64,000 nucleotides of DNA, from the NCBI GenBank assembly GCA_049967655.1, contig JBMFSH010000004.1:78521-142520 (forward strand), written 5' to 3'. Under the pieces are notes generated by a model, which saw nothing but the letters and a program-made list of their open reading frames with translations, was not told the DNA's origin and made no database searches. Position 1 is the first letter of the stretch. Every line of letters starts with the position of its first letter. The stretch comes from Acidobacteriota bacterium. GTDB lineage: Bacteria; Acidobacteriota; UBA4820; DSQY01. A program made the translations under genes and the position numbers. Positions 31,078 through 42,684 of the stretch are shown here, one piece after another.

Positions 31078-32305
31078 GCCTCACCACCTTCGTGGGGCGG
31101 CGCTACCTCTTCGCCCGCCGGCGGCAGGCGTTCATCTCCCTCATCAGCGTCATCTCCATCCTGGGAGTGGCCGTGGGGACCATGGCCCTCATCATCGCCC
31201 TGGCCATCTCCACCGGGTTCACCACCCGCATTCGGGAGAAGATCCAGCTCCTGAACGCCGACCTGAACATCCTCGGAGGCCCCGAGGAACTCCAGCCTTC
31301 CGACGTGAAGACCGTTACCGAGGCGCTCGCCAAGGATCCCCGGGTCGCGGCCTACACGCCCATCGTCCTGGGCACGGGCTTGGTGAGCGGCCCCACCACG
31401 CGAGTCGGACTGGTGGCCAAGGTGGTGGGGGTAGACCCCGGCACCCAGGCCCGGGTCGTGGATCTGCGGCCCTACGTGCGCGGCAGCTCCTTCCTCGGAA
31501 AGGACGGCCAGGGCGAACCGGAGGCGATCCTGGGGGCGGATCTCGCCGAGAGGCTCGGCGTGTGGGAGGGGGACACCATCCAGCTCCTCGCCCCCAAGCT
31601 GACCCTGTCGCCCTTCGGCAACTTCCCCAAGATCATCTCCCTCAAGGTCACGGGCATCCTCCGCACGGGGTACTACCTCTACGACACGGAGTTCGTTTAC
31701 GTGGCCCTGCCTCTGGCCGAGCGCCTCTTCACGGCTCCGGGCACGGTGAGCGCCATCCAGGTTCGGCTCAAGAAGCCCGGGGAGCTCGCCGCCGCGCACG
31801 CCGCGCTCCAGACCGAGCTGGGCGATCAGTACCGGGTGCTGGACCTGGTGGGCAGCAACGCCGAATTCTTCAAGGCGCTCCGGATGGAGAGGATACTGCT
31901 CTTCCTCTCCATCGGGCTCATCGTGATGGTGGCCGCGTTGAACATCGTCTCCACCCTGATCCTCATGGTCATGGAAAAGGTGCGGGACATCGGCATCCTC
32001 CGCAGCATGGGGGCGTCGCCGGCCCACATCCTGAAGATCTTCCTCTTTCACGGCATGGTCATCGGGATCGTGGGCACCATCCTCGGCTCGGCGGCCGGGG
32101 TCATCGCCAGCACCGTCCTGGACAGGACGCACGCCATCCCCCTCTCCCTCGACGTCTATCCCCTTCCCTACGTGCCCTTCATCACGTCGTGGGCACAGGT
32201 GCTGGCGGTCAGCGCCTTCGCCCTGCTCATCTCCTTCGGGGCCACCCTCTACCCCGCCTATCGGGCGGCCAAGCTGGACCCCGTGGAAGCCTTGAGGTAC
32301 GAGTG

Positions 32306-32306
<1 letters not shown>
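31074..32306 (+). CDS. lolC: Lipoprotein-releasing ABC transporter permease (LolC/E)
   Basis: FISLIS.ISILGVAVG, NIVSTL...V.EK..DIGILRSMG, YPA.RAA...PVEALRYE. Confidence 0.9.
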
Positions 32307-32968
<662 letters not shown>

Positions 32969-33013
32969 CAGCCCTCCAGGCCGATGGTATAATCCGGCAG
33001 TTGGAGTAAGCGG

Positions 33014-35353
33014 ATGTACGAGCGCTTCACGGAACAGGCACGGCGGGCACTCTACTTCGCGCGGTACGAGGCCCACCAGGCTAACGCACCGGTGGCCGAC
33101 ACGGAGCATCTCCTCGTGGGCCTCGTGGCGGTGGATTCTCCTTTGCTCAAGGAGGTCCTCGGACGCGGACGCGTGACCCTTGACGAGCTGCGGGAGGGTA
33201 TCGCCGCGAGCCGCCCGGAGGAGCCCGCCGCCGCGAAGCCGGCCACGCCGGGCTGGTCCCGCGACGTCCGGCTGGTCCTGGAGAAATTCGCGCCCGAGGA
33301 GTTCGAACGGATGGCCGGACTGAGGATCGGAGTGGAACACCTCTTCCTCGGCCTCCTCCACCTGGAGGATACGCCCGCCTCACGCCTCCTGCAGGAGCGG
33401 GGCATCACGCTGGCCTCGGCCCGCGAGCGCCTGCAGGCTGCCTTGCGCCGCCAGGGGCTCGAGCGGCGGAAGGAGGCCAAGCCGGCCCTCGAGGAGTTCT
33501 CCCAGGACTTCACGGCCCTGGCCTCGGAGGGGCTCTTCGACCCCCTCATCGGACGCGAATCGGAGCTGGAGCGCATCATTCAGATCCTGGCACGCCGCCA
33601 CAAGAACAATCCCATCCTCCTCGGAGAACCGGGGGTAGGCAAGACTGCCCTCGTGGAGGGGCTGGCCCAGCGCATCGTCTCGGGCGAGGTCCCGACCGCC
33701 CTGAAGGACAAGCGGATCCTCTCCCTCGACCTCTCCCTCGTGCTGGCCGGGACCAAGTACCGCGGCCAGTTCGAGGAGCGCCTCAAGGCCATTCTCAAGG
33801 AGGCCTACGAGGACCGGACGGTCATCCTCTTCGTGGATGAGATCCACACCCTCGTCGGGGCCGGGAGCGCCGAGGGCTCCCTGGACGCCGCGAGCATCCT
33901 CAAGCCCGCCCTGAGCCGCGGGCAGGTGCAGTGCATCGGCACCTCCACCTTCCGCGATTTCAAGCGCCACATCGAAAAGGACCGGGGCCTCGTGCGCCGG
34001 TTCCAACCCGTGAAGGTTTTGCCGCCCTCCGAGGAGGAGACGGTGAGGATCCTGGAGGGCACCCGGCGACGCTACGAGGAGTACCACCAGGTGCGTTACA
34101 CGGACGAGGCCATCCAGAGGGCGGTTCTGCTCTCCAACCGGTACATCACGGACCGGTTCCTGCCCGACAAGGCTCTCGACGTGATCGACGAGGCGGGCGC
34201 CAAGGCCCGCATCCTGGGGTACCCGGCACCGGAGCCGCCGGACGGGCGGTCCGGCTCGGAAGGGTGGATGCCCGAACGGCGAGGCGCCGCCACCCGCGAG
34301 GAGGAAATCCCCGCCCCGCCCGAGGTGGGACGGGAGCTCGTGGAGGAGGTGGTGGCCCTCTGGACGGGGATTCCGGTCACCGCCATTCGCGAAGACGAGC
34401 GGGACAAGCTCATGCGCATCGAGCAGATTCTGCACCGGCGCGTCATCGGACAAGACAAGGCCATCTCGGCCCTGGCGCGCGCCATCCGGCGCTCCCGCGC
34501 GGGGATCCGCAACCCCGGGCGTCCCATCGGCTCCTTCATCTTCCTCGGCCCCACGGGGGTTGGCAAGACCGAGGCGGCCAAAACCCTCTCGGAGTTCCTC
34601 TTCGGCGACGAGCGCGCCCTGATCCGCATGGACATGAGCGAGTACGCCGAAAGGCACTCCGTATCCAAGATGATCGGCTCGCCGCCCGGTTACGTGGGGT
34701 ACGAGGAGGGCGGGCAGCTCGTGGAGCGGGTCAAACGCCGGCCCTACGCCGTCATCCTCCTGGACGAGATCGAGAAGGCCCACCCCGACGTCCTGAACGT
34801 CCTGTTGCAGATCCTGGAGGACGGCATCCTGACGGACAGCTACGGCGACACGGTGGATTTCAAGAACACGATCCTCATCCTCACGAGCAACCTGGGCTCC
34901 AAGTTCATCCTGGACAGGGGCGTGCCGGGGTTCGAGGGGGCGCAGAGGACCGCTTCGGTGCAGAAGGACGAAGTCCACCGGCACCTGCGGCGGACTCTCC
35001 AGCCCGAATTCCTGAACCGCATCGACGAGATCATCGTCTTCGATCCCCTATCGAGGGAGGACCTTCAGGCCATCGCCGTCCGCATGATTGAGAACCTGAA
35101 CCGGGTGATGAGGGACCGGGGCATCGACCTGGCCGTGGAGGGGGGAGTCCCCGATTTTCTCGTGGACACCTGCTGCACCGATCCCACCTACGGTGCCCGC
35201 CCCCTCCGGCGGGGAGTCCAAGCCTACATTGAGGATCCGCTCGCGGAGTGGCTCCTGCTCAATGACGTGCGCGAGAACACTCGAATCAACCTGGAAGTGC
35301 AAGGGGATCGGATCGCGCTGGCCAGCGTAGAGCCAGTGCCCGTATCCGGATAG
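33014..35353 (+). CDS. clpC: ClpA/ClpC-type AAA+ chaperone
   Basis: Clp N repeats, [54 protein letters not shown] promoter just upstream. Confidence 0.88.
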   Translation: MYERFTEQARRALYFARYEAHQANAPVADTEHLLVGLVAVDSPLLKEVLGRGRVTLDELREGIAASRPEEPAAAKPATPGWSRDVRLVLEKFAPEEFERMAGLRIGVEHLFLGLLHLEDTPASRLLQERGITLASARERLQAALRRQGLERRKEAKPALEEFSQDFTALASEGLFDPLIGRESELERIIQILARRHKNNPILLGEPGVGKTALVEGLAQRIVSGEVPTALKDKRILSLDLSLVLAGTKYRGQFEERLKAILKEAYEDRTVILFVDEIHTLVGAGSAEGSLDAASILKPALSRGQVQCIGTSTFRDFKRHIEKDRGLVRRFQPVKVLPPSEEETVRILEGTRRRYEEYHQVRYTDEAIQRAVLLSNRYITDRFLPDKALDVIDEAGAKARILGYPAPEPPDGRSGSEGWMPERRGAATREEEIPAPPEVGRELVEEVVALWTGIPVTAIREDERDKLMRIEQILHRRVIGQDKAISALARAIRRSRAGIRNPGRPIGSFIFLGPTGVGKTEAAKTLSEFLFGDERALIRMDMSEYAERHSVSKMIGSPPGYVGYEEGGQLVERVKRRPYAVILLDEIEKAHPDVLNVLLQILEDGILTDSYGDTVDFKNTILILTSNLGSKFILDRGVPGFEGAQRTASVQKDEVHRHLRRTLQPEFLNRIDEIIVFDPLSREDLQAIAVRMIENLNRVMRDRGIDLAVEGGVPDFLVDTCCTDPTYGARPLRRGVQAYIEDPLAEWLLLNDVRENTRINLEVQGDRIALASVEPVPVSG

Positions 35354-35360
35354 GTGGAGC

Positions 35361-37760
35361 ATGGCCCGAAGACTGTTGCCGATCCTGACCGTCCTTCTCC
35401 TCACCACGGTGGCATTCGCCGCCCAGAACCCACCGCCCGCCGGAGATAGGAGCGAGAAGAAACCGGCGTCCCAGGCGGAGCAGCCCGCCAAGGCCGCCCA
35501 GGGCAAGCAGTCCGAACAGCCCAAGATCGAGAAGATCGTGCTCGAAGGGAACGACCGCCTCACCCAGGACGCCTTCCTGGCACTCACGAGCCTGCGGCCG
35601 GGAGACGTCTACGATGAGGCTCGCCTGCGGCGCGAGTTCATGAAAATCTGGAACTCCGGGCTCTTCGAGGACCTCTCGATCGACGAGGAGAACGGCAAAA
35701 CGGGGAAGATCATCATCTTCCACATCAAGGAGCGGCCCATCGTGGCCTCCGTGGAGTACACGGGATCGAAGGCCCTTACCTCCAGCACCATCCTTGACAA
35801 GCTCAAAGAGAACAACGCCGAGATCAAGACCGGCACCGTCCTGGACTACACGAAGGTGATGCACACCGAGGCCGCCCTCCGGTTCATGGCGGCCGAGAAG
35901 GGGTTCCCGGAGGCAGACGTCACCTCCAAGGTCCAGACCATGGGGCGGTCGGAGGTGGCCCTCACCTTCAACATCAAGGAGGGCCCCAAGGCGCGCATCG
36001 AGAAGGTGAAGTTTCTGGGGGTCCACGCCTTCTCCCAACGCAAGCTGCGCTGGACGCTGAAGAAGACCCGCGAGCACTGGTTTCTCTCCTGGGCCACCCG
36101 GCACGACATCTACTCGGAGGACCGCTACTACGAGGACATCAAGGGACTGAGAGACCTGTACGAGTCGGAGGGGTACCTGGACGTGGACGTGGGGGACCCC
36201 ATCGTGGACAAGAGCTTTAACAAGAGCCACACCAAGGAGTGGTTGAAGCTGACCATCCCCATCCAGGAGGGCATCGCCTACAAGCTGGGGAAGGTCTCGT
36301 TCGAGGGGAACACGGTCTTCCCAAGCGCCGACCTCAAGAAGCTCGTCTTCCTCAAGGAGGGCAAGCCGCTGGACAAGGTGGCCCTCGGATACGTCATCAA
36401 GTCCATCGAGGCCAAATACGGCGAGAAGGGCTACATCTACGCCACGGCCACTCCTATCTTCGACAAGCACGCCGCCACCAAGACGGCGGACGTGGAAATC
36501 TCCATCACCGAGGACCAGATCTACTACGTGAACCGAATCGAGTTCCGCGGCAACGTCTCTACCCGGGACTACGTCCTCAGGCGAGAGATGCTCATTTACG
36601 AGCAAGAGGTCTTCAACTATGTCCGCTACCAGCGGGGGCTTTACCGCCTCAAGGCGACGGGGCTCTTCACCATCAAGGATGATCCCACCATCACCAAGGT
36701 GCCCAACACCAACACGGTGGACGTGCTGGTGAAGGGCGAGGAGGCGAGCAAGAACGAGCTCCTCTTCGGCGGCGGGTACGGCGGAATCAACGGCTTCTTC
36801 ATCTCGGGGTCCTTCCGGACCTACAACTTCCTGGGCACCGGTACAACCTTCTCCCTGAACGCGGACGTCGGCAAGGTGCAGAAGCTCTACTCGATCAACT
36901 ACTCGGACCCGTGGTTCTTCGGCAAGCGGATCGGCGCCTCCTTCTCCATCTACAATTCCGACTTGACCTACCTGCAGTTCGACCAGCTTACCAAGGGCGC
37001 CTCCTTCTCCGTCTCCTTCCCGATCACCGACTTCTCCTCCTGGTCCGTGGGATACCGTTGGGAGCGCTCCCACGCCAACAATTTCACCACCACGATCTCT
37101 CCCCTTTACACGGATTACCTGAATAACAGCACTACTTCGGCGGTGTTTGGCGGAATTAACTACAACTCGGTCAACAACCCCTTCCGGCCCATGCGCGGCA
37201 TGCAGCTCTCCTTGAACACGAGCGTGGCGGGCAATTGGCTCGGAGGGCAGAACAAGTTCATCAAGTCCAACTTCGACGGCGACATCTACATCCCCACCTT
37301 CCGCAAACAGAACGCCGCCTTCCGCCTGAGCATCGGCTACATCACGGCTTACGGAGGCCAGCAGATCCCCCTCTGGGAACGCTACTTCCTCGGCGGCGAG
37401 GACACGCTGCGCGGATTCGGCATACGGTCCGTCTATCCCCTCACAAAGGATGGACGATACTTCCTCGATCCCTCCACGCAGACCATCGAGGGTGGGAACC
37501 GCTACCTGCTGACCAACTGGGAGTACGTCTTTCACGTGGTCGAGCAGGTGGACGTGGCCCTCTTCGTGGACGCCGGCAACACCTACCACGAGCGACAGAA
37601 AATGGAGTTGAGCAACTACCGAGCCGACGCCGGCGCGGAGCTGCGCTTCTTCATCCCCCAGTTCAACGTGCCTCTGAGGCTTATTTACGCGTACAACCTC
37701 AAGAAGCGGCCCAATGATGACTTCAGCAATTTCCAGCTCTCCATAGGACTGACGTTCTGA
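35361..37760 (+). CDS. bamA: Outer membrane protein assembly factor
   Basis: Signal peptide, POTRA repeats (GN..TRDYVLRRE), LGG..TLRGF, C-terminal F. Confidence 0.93.
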   Translation: MARRLLPILTVLLLTTVAFAAQNPPPAGDRSEKKPASQAEQPAKAAQGKQSEQPKIEKIVLEGNDRLTQDAFLALTSLRPGDVYDEARLRREFMKIWNSGLFEDLSIDEENGKTGKIIIFHIKERPIVASVEYTGSKALTSSTILDKLKENNAEIKTGTVLDYTKVMHTEAALRFMAAEKGFPEADVTSKVQTMGRSEVALTFNIKEGPKARIEKVKFLGVHAFSQRKLRWTLKKTREHWFLSWATRHDIYSEDRYYEDIKGLRDLYESEGYLDVDVGDPIVDKSFNKSHTKEWLKLTIPIQEGIAYKLGKVSFEGNTVFPSADLKKLVFLKEGKPLDKVALGYVIKSIEAKYGEKGYIYATATPIFDKHAATKTADVEISITEDQIYYVNRIEFRGNVSTRDYVLRREMLIYEQEVFNYVRYQRGLYRLKATGLFTIKDDPTITKVPNTNTVDVLVKGEEASKNELLFGGGYGGINGFFISGSFRTYNFLGTGTTFSLNADVGKVQKLYSINYSDPWFFGKRIGASFSIYNSDLTYLQFDQLTKGASFSVSFPITDFSSWSVGYRWERSHANNFTTTISPLYTDYLNNSTTSAVFGGINYNSVNNPFRPMRGMQLSLNTSVAGNWLGGQNKFIKSNFDGDIYIPTFRKQNAAFRLSIGYITAYGGQQIPLWERYFLGGEDTLRGFGIRSVYPLTKDGRYFLDPSTQTIEGGNRYLLTNWEYVFHVVEQVDVALFVDAGNTYHERQKMELSNYRADAGAELRFFIPQFNVPLRLIYAYNLKKRPNDDFSNFQLSIGLTF

Positions 37761-37785
37761 TAAGGACCTCAAGGAGGAACAAACC

Positions 37786-38319
37786 ATGCGGAAACTGACA
37801 GCCGCTCTCGCGGCCACTCTCACCCTCGCATCCCTCGGCGTGTTTGCCCAGGCCCAGCTCAAGATCGCCGTGGTGGACACCATGCGCGTGGCCAACGAGT
37901 GCAAGGAGGGGAAAAGTATTCAGGCCGCCCTGAAGGCCTTCCACGATCAGAAGCAGGCCCAGATCACGGCCAAGGAGACCGAGCTGAAGGCCCTGGAGGA
38001 ACAGGTTAAGGACCCGAAGATCAGCGAGGACAAGAAGGACGACCTCAGGGCCAAATTCAACTCCAAGATGTACGAGTACCAGGCCTACGCCAAGGCGGCT
38101 CAGGACGAGATGGAGGCCCGCAGCCAGAAGATGCAGGCCGAGTTCCAGCAGAAGCTCGCCGGGGTGATCACCCAGTACGCTCAGTCCAAGGGGCTCTCGC
38201 TGGTGCTCGAAAAGGGCATCTGCCTCTACAACGCGGAAACCCTTGACGCCACCGCGGACGTCATAGCCGCCATGAACCAGGCTTACCCGGGCACGAGCAC
38301 CGCCGCGAGCGGCAAATAG
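37786..38319 (+). CDS. skp: OmpH/Skp periplasmic chaperone
   Basis: Signal peptide, KIAVVD, coiled coil. Lies between bamA and lpxD. Confidence 0.88.
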   Translation: MRKLTAALAATLTLASLGVFAQAQLKIAVVDTMRVANECKEGKSIQAALKAFHDQKQAQITAKETELKALEEQVKDPKISEDKKDDLRAKFNSKMYEYQAYAKAAQDEMEARSQKMQAEFQQKLAGVITQYAQSKGLSLVLEKGICLYNAETLDATADVIAAMNQAYPGTSTAASGK

Positions 38320-38321
38320 GG

Positions 38322-39350
38322 ATGAAGATCTCGGTCATCGCCGAACAGGTCGGAGCCCGGGTGGAGGGCGATCCCGAAATGGAACTCTTCGGGATCGCGC
38401 CCCTGGACTCCGCCACCGGCCGTGACCTCGCTTTTCTGGCCAATCCGAAGTACCGGGAGGCAGCCCGCGTCAGCGAAGCCGGAGCCATCCTCGTGTCCGA
38501 GGGCGAGAGCCTGCCCGGAAAGACGCTTCTCGTCTGTAAGGACCCTTACGTCGCCTTCGCCAGGGCCATTGGACTCTTCTACAATCCCCGCGAGTTCAAG
38601 CCTGGCATCCACCCCACCGCCATCCTCGGGGAGCGGTGCGAGGTGGCCCCCGACGCCCATGTCGGACCCTACGCGGTCCTCGGCGAGTCCACCAGGGTGG
38701 GCGCTGGAAGCGTCATCGAGGCGGGGTGCGTGCTGGGGGCCGGCTGCGAGATCGGAGAGCACTGCCGGCTCTTTCCGCGCGTGGTCCTGTACGATGGGAC
38801 GGTCCTCGGCAACCGGGTGATCCTCCACGCCGGGGCGGTCATCGGCTCCGATGGGTTTGGCTACGCCCAGGAAGCCGGAAGGCACGTCAAGATTCCCCAG
38901 ATCGGCCGGGCGGTGGTGGAGAGCGACGTGGAGATCGGCGCCAACACCACCGTGGACCGGGGAGCCATCGAAGAGACGCGCATCGGCGAGGGCACCAAGG
39001 TGGACAACCTGGTCCAGGTGGCCCACAACGTCCGCATCGGTCCCCGGTGCCTGCTGGTGGCCCAGGTGGGCATCAGCGGGAGCACGGTCCTCGGGGAAGG
39101 CGTCATCTTCGCTGGACAGTCGGGCGCCGTCGGCCACATCCGGATCGGCGACGGGGCGAGGGTGGGAGCCAAATCGGCCGTCACCAAGGACGTCCCCGAC
39201 GGAGGATTCGTCACGGGCCATCCGGCGCAGGAGCACCGGCTCTGGCTCAGGGAACGGGCCCTCACCGGACGCCTGGAGGAGCTGTTCCGCCGACTCAAGC
39301 GCCTCGAGGAATCCCTCGCCGGGGCCCCCGCCAAGGAGAGTCCGCAATGA
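38322..39350 (+). CDS. lpxD: UDP-3-O-acylglucosamine N-acyltransferase
   Basis: FLANPKY, hexapeptide repeats, [28 protein letters not shown]. Confidence 0.95.
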   Translation: MKISVIAEQVGARVEGDPEMELFGIAPLDSATGRDLAFLANPKYREAARVSEAGAILVSEGESLPGKTLLVCKDPYVAFARAIGLFYNPREFKPGIHPTAILGERCEVAPDAHVGPYAVLGESTRVGAGSVIEAGCVLGAGCEIGEHCRLFPRVVLYDGTVLGNRVILHAGAVIGSDGFGYAQEAGRHVKIPQIGRAVVESDVEIGANTTVDRGAIEETRIGEGTKVDNLVQVAHNVRIGPRCLLVAQVGISGSTVLGEGVIFAGQSGAVGHIRIGDGARVGAKSAVTKDVPDGGFVTGHPAQEHRLWLRERALTGRLEELFRRLKRLEESLAGAPAKESPQ

Positions 39351-39778
39351 TGGACGTGACGGAAATCCAGCAGATCCTGCCGCACCGGTACCCCTTTCTC
39401 CTCGTGGACCGGATCCTGGAGGTGGAGCCCGGCAAACGGATCGTGGGCCTCAAGAACGTCACCGTCAACGAAGAGTTCTTTCAGGGGCACTTCCCGGGGA
39501 AGCCCGTGATGCCGGGAGTCCTCATCATCGAGGCCATGGCCCAGGTGGGCGGGGTGCTGCTCCTGCGGGAGGTCCCGGACCGGGATCAGAAGCTGGTGTA
39601 CTTCATGGGCATCGACGAGGCGCGCTTTCGTAAGCCGGTGGTTCCGGGCGATCAGATCCGCTTCGAGCTGGAGGTCCTCAAGCGCAAGGCCACCACCTGC
39701 AAGCTGCAGGGCAAGGCCTTCGTGGACGGGACCCTCGTGGCCGAGGCGGTCATCCTGTCCGCCATGGTGAACCGCTGA
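39347..39778 (+). CDS. fabZ: 3-hydroxyacyl-ACP dehydratase
   Basis: [36 protein letters not shown]. Confidence 0.95.
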   Translation: MMDVTEIQQILPHRYPFLLVDRILEVEPGKRIVGLKNVTVNEEFFQGHFPGKPVMPGVLIIEAMAQVGGVLLLREVPDRDQKLVYFMGIDEARFRKPVVPGDQIRFELEVLKRKATTCKLQGKAFVDGTLVAEAVILSAMVNR

Positions 39779-39877
39779 GGCTTGAGGCAGGAGCGGGGGG
39801 CAAGGACCTGGCCCGAAGGCCCGGCCGCATCCCGGGACGACCGCGAGGCGCAATCACCTTCTGAACAGTGACGAGGC

Positions 39878-40666
39878 ATGAGAATGACGACTATCCATCC
39901 TTCCGCCGTTGTGGACCCGGGCGCCAAGATCGGTGACGACTGCACCATAGGTCCCTTCACCTACATCGGGCCCGAGGTAGTGCTGGGAGCCCGCAACAGC
40001 ATCGGCCCCAACTGCGTGCTGCACGGCCGCGTGACGCTCGGCGACGACAACCACCTCGTCTCCCACGTGGCCATCGGAGGCCCTCCCCAGGACCTCAAGT
40101 ACAAGGGCGAGCCCACCGAGGTGGTCATCGGCTCCCGTAACACCATCCGCGAGTTCGTGACGGTCAACCGGGGAACGCCGGGCGGCGGCGGGGTCGCGCG
40201 CCTAGGCAACGACATCCTGATGATGGCCTACAGCCACGTGGCGCACGACTGCGCCGTGGGGGACTTCGTGATCTTCGCCAACGCGGGCACTCTGGCCGGC
40301 CACGTGCACGTCGGCCAGCACGCCACCGTGGGGGCCCTCTCCGCGATACACCAGTTCTGCGTGGTGGGGGATTACGCCTTCATTGGAGGCGGCTCCATCA
40401 TCACTCGCGACGTGCTCCCCTACATCAAGACCGTCGGGGCTCGGGGCGAGGGCAAGACTTTCGGGATCAATACCATCGGCCTCCAGAGGAAGGGATTCAG
40501 CCCGGAGGCCATCGAGGCGCTCAAATCGGCCTACCGCATCCTCTTCCAATCCAAGATATTGTTCTCGGAGGCGGTGGGCGTGGCCGATGAGAAGCTCGGA
40601 CACGTACCCGAGGTGGCCTACCTGCTCCGGTTCATTCGAGAATCCAAGCGCGGCATACAAAGGTAG
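39878..40666 (+). CDS. lpxA: Acyl-ACP--UDP-GlcNAc acyltransferase
   Basis: IHPSAVVD, PQDLKY.GE, IRE.VT.NRGT, HVAHDC, LAGHV, HQF. Confidence 0.95.
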   Translation: MRMTTIHPSAVVDPGAKIGDDCTIGPFTYIGPEVVLGARNSIGPNCVLHGRVTLGDDNHLVSHVAIGGPPQDLKYKGEPTEVVIGSRNTIREFVTVNRGTPGGGGVARLGNDILMMAYSHVAHDCAVGDFVIFANAGTLAGHVHVGQHATVGALSAIHQFCVVGDYAFIGGGSIITRDVLPYIKTVGARGEGKTFGINTIGLQRKGFSPEAIEALKSAYRILFQSKILFSEAVGVADEKLGHVPEVAYLLRFIRESKRGIQR

Positions 40667-40684
40667 AGCCGGGGAGGGACGAGC

Positions 40685-41617
40685 ATGAACACAAACAGGT
40701 CTCTCCGTCTGGCCGTGGTGGGAGTGGGCTCCCTCGGGCAGCACCACGCCAGGATCCTGTCGGACCTGGACGGCGCGGAGCTGGTCGGCGTCGTGGACGC
40801 CAACGGGGCCAGGGCGGAGGAGATCGCCCGCAAATTCGGCGCGAAGGCCTTCACGCGGCCCGAGGAGCTGCCGCCGGTGGACGGCGTGGTCGTGGCGGCT
40901 CCGACGAGCCTCCACCGGGCCCTGGCCGTGCCCTTTTTGGAACGGGGCGTGGGTGTGCTCTGCGAAAAGCCCATGGCCACGACCCTTGAGGAGTGCGACG
41001 AGATCCTCGCCGCCAGGGATCGCGGCGGCGCGCCCCTTCTCGTGGGACACATCGAACACTTCAATCCTGGCGTGGCGGCGCTAACCCGAAACGTGGAGGC
41101 GCCTGGATTCCTGGAGGTGCACCGCCTGGGCGTCTTTTCGGGCCGCTCCCTGGACGTGGACGTCATCCTCGACCTCATGATCCACGACATCGAGATCGCC
41201 CAGAGCCTGGTGAGGCGCCCCATACGCTCGGTGGAGGCCGTAGGGGTCCGGGTCCTCACCCCTTTCGTGGACCTGGCTAACGCCCGCCTGACCTTCGAGG
41301 GAGGATGCGTGGCCAACCTCACCGCCAGCCGCATCTCCAGGGACAAAGTCCGAAAGCTGAGGGTCTTCCAGCACGAGGCCTATCTGAGCGTGGACTACTC
41401 CGAGCAGGCCGTCGAGTTCTACCGCCTGGAAGAGCGCGACGGGCAGAGGGCCATCGTCCAGGTGCCGGTGGCCGTGGACAAGCGCGAGCCCCTCCGGTGC
41501 GAGCTGGAGCATTTTCTTCCAGTCCTCCGCCGCGAGAGCGGCCCCCTCGTGAGCGGCGAGGCCGCCCGCGAGGCGGTTTCGGTGGCTCGCTCCATTCTGG
41601 CGTGCATGTCTAGGTGA
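40685..41617 (+). CDS. Gfo/Idh/MocA oxidoreductase (GnnA-like)
   Basis: GVGSLG..H, EKP, VGH.E.FNP, DV.LDLMIHD, ASRIS..K.R. Directly after lpxA. Confidence 0.8.
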   Translation: MNTNRSLRLAVVGVGSLGQHHARILSDLDGAELVGVVDANGARAEEIARKFGAKAFTRPEELPPVDGVVVAAPTSLHRALAVPFLERGVGVLCEKPMATTLEECDEILAARDRGGAPLLVGHIEHFNPGVAALTRNVEAPGFLEVHRLGVFSGRSLDVDVILDLMIHDIEIAQSLVRRPIRSVEAVGVRVLTPFVDLANARLTFEGGCVANLTASRISRDKVRKLRVFQHEAYLSVDYSEQAVEFYRLEERDGQRAIVQVPVAVDKREPLRCELEHFLPVLRRESGPLVSGEAAREAVSVARSILACMSR

Positions 41618-42684
41618 CGGCGCACCTGTTGTCCTCCTTCCTTTCGGAGCTTTCGCCGGCCCAGAGCCCCGGCTACGCTTGGAGTGTCAGCACCCCGGCC
41701 GGCCGCTTGGCGGGGGGCTTCGGCGGCTTCCGGATCGTGGAGCCGACGCGGGCGCCGGTGGAGGAGTCCACCCTTTTCGACCTGGCCTCCCTGACCAAAC
41801 CGCTCGCCACGGCACTCATCGCGCTCCGCGCTTTCGATGCGGGCCAGTTGGACCTGGAGGCCCCCGTTGCCGCGGCGGGCCGCCCACACTTCACCCTGCT
41901 GGATCTCCTGAGGCACGAGGCCGGGTTTCCCGATTGGCTCCCCCTTTACGGGTGCGCTCCCTCCCCAGCCGCTCTCAAGCCATGGCTGCTGCGGGAATGT
42001 CCCAGGGAGGAACGGGCGGGATTGCGAGCGGTCTATAGCTGCGCCGGCTACGTCCTCCTGGGAATGCTGCTGGAGGAGGGCCTGGGGGCCCCGATGGAGC
42101 AACTTTTCGAGCGCTACGTCTCGATCCCCCTCGGCCTGCCCCCGCGGGAGGCCTGTTTCTCCCCCCCGGCGGCCTGGCGCGATCGATGCGCGGCGGAGGA
42201 GCTGGATGGGGGTTACGAAGCCCGGATGGCGCACCCCTTTGGTGCCACTCCTCCTCCCTTCCGCTCCGGCATGGCCTGGGGGGAAGTCCACGACGGGAAC
42301 GCCCGCTTCCTGGGCGGAGCGGCGGGCAACGCCGGCCTCTTTGGCACCCTCGCGGCGGTGGAGAGGCTATGCCGCGCCTTCAGCCCCCAGGACCGATTCC
42401 TCTCGCCCGAAGCCCTTCGTTTGGCCTGGGAGAGCCCCCGCAGCGAGGGCCGGCACAGAACGGCCGGTTGGAAGGCGGCGGGCTCCGAGGGCTGGTGGGC
42501 CAACGCCCTCCTCCCCGAAGGGGCGATCGGGCACGAGGGCTTCACCGGGACGGGGGCCTGGATGGAACCCGAGACCGCCAGAACTTATATCTTACTTACC
42601 AACCGGATTCATCCCCGGCACCCGGGGACGGACTTCGGAAGGGTGCGGGCCGCCTTCCTGAAGGCGGCCAAGGAGCTCCAGTGA
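41614..42684 (+). CDS. Beta-lactamase-family serine hydrolase
   Basis: FDLASLTK (SxxK), LLRHEAG, YS..GY, VHD.NA, GNAGLF, GHEGFTG, LTNR.HP. Confidence 0.85.
   Translation: MTAHLLSSFLSELSPAQSPGYAWSVSTPAGRLAGGFGGFRIVEPTRAPVEESTLFDLASLTKPLATALIALRAFDAGQLDLEAPVAAAGRPHFTLLDLLRHEAGFPDWLPLYGCAPSPAALKPWLLRECPREERAGLRAVYSCAGYVLLGMLLEEGLGAPMEQLFERYVSIPLGLPPREACFSPPAAWRDRCAAEELDGGYEARMAHPFGATPPPFRSGMAWGEVHDGNARFLGGAAGNAGLFGTLAAVERLCRAFSPQDRFLSPEALRLAWESPRSEGRHRTAGWKAAGSEGWWANALLPEGAIGHEGFTGTGAWMEPETARTYILLTNRIHPRHPGTDFGRVRAAFLKAAKELQ

Noticed and set aside
35286..37904. Long antisense ORFs (872 aa here; also 55521-58562, 21351-23369, 44891-46636 and others)
   Set aside because: Shadow frames of real genes caused by high GC codon bias, with no recognisable motifs.
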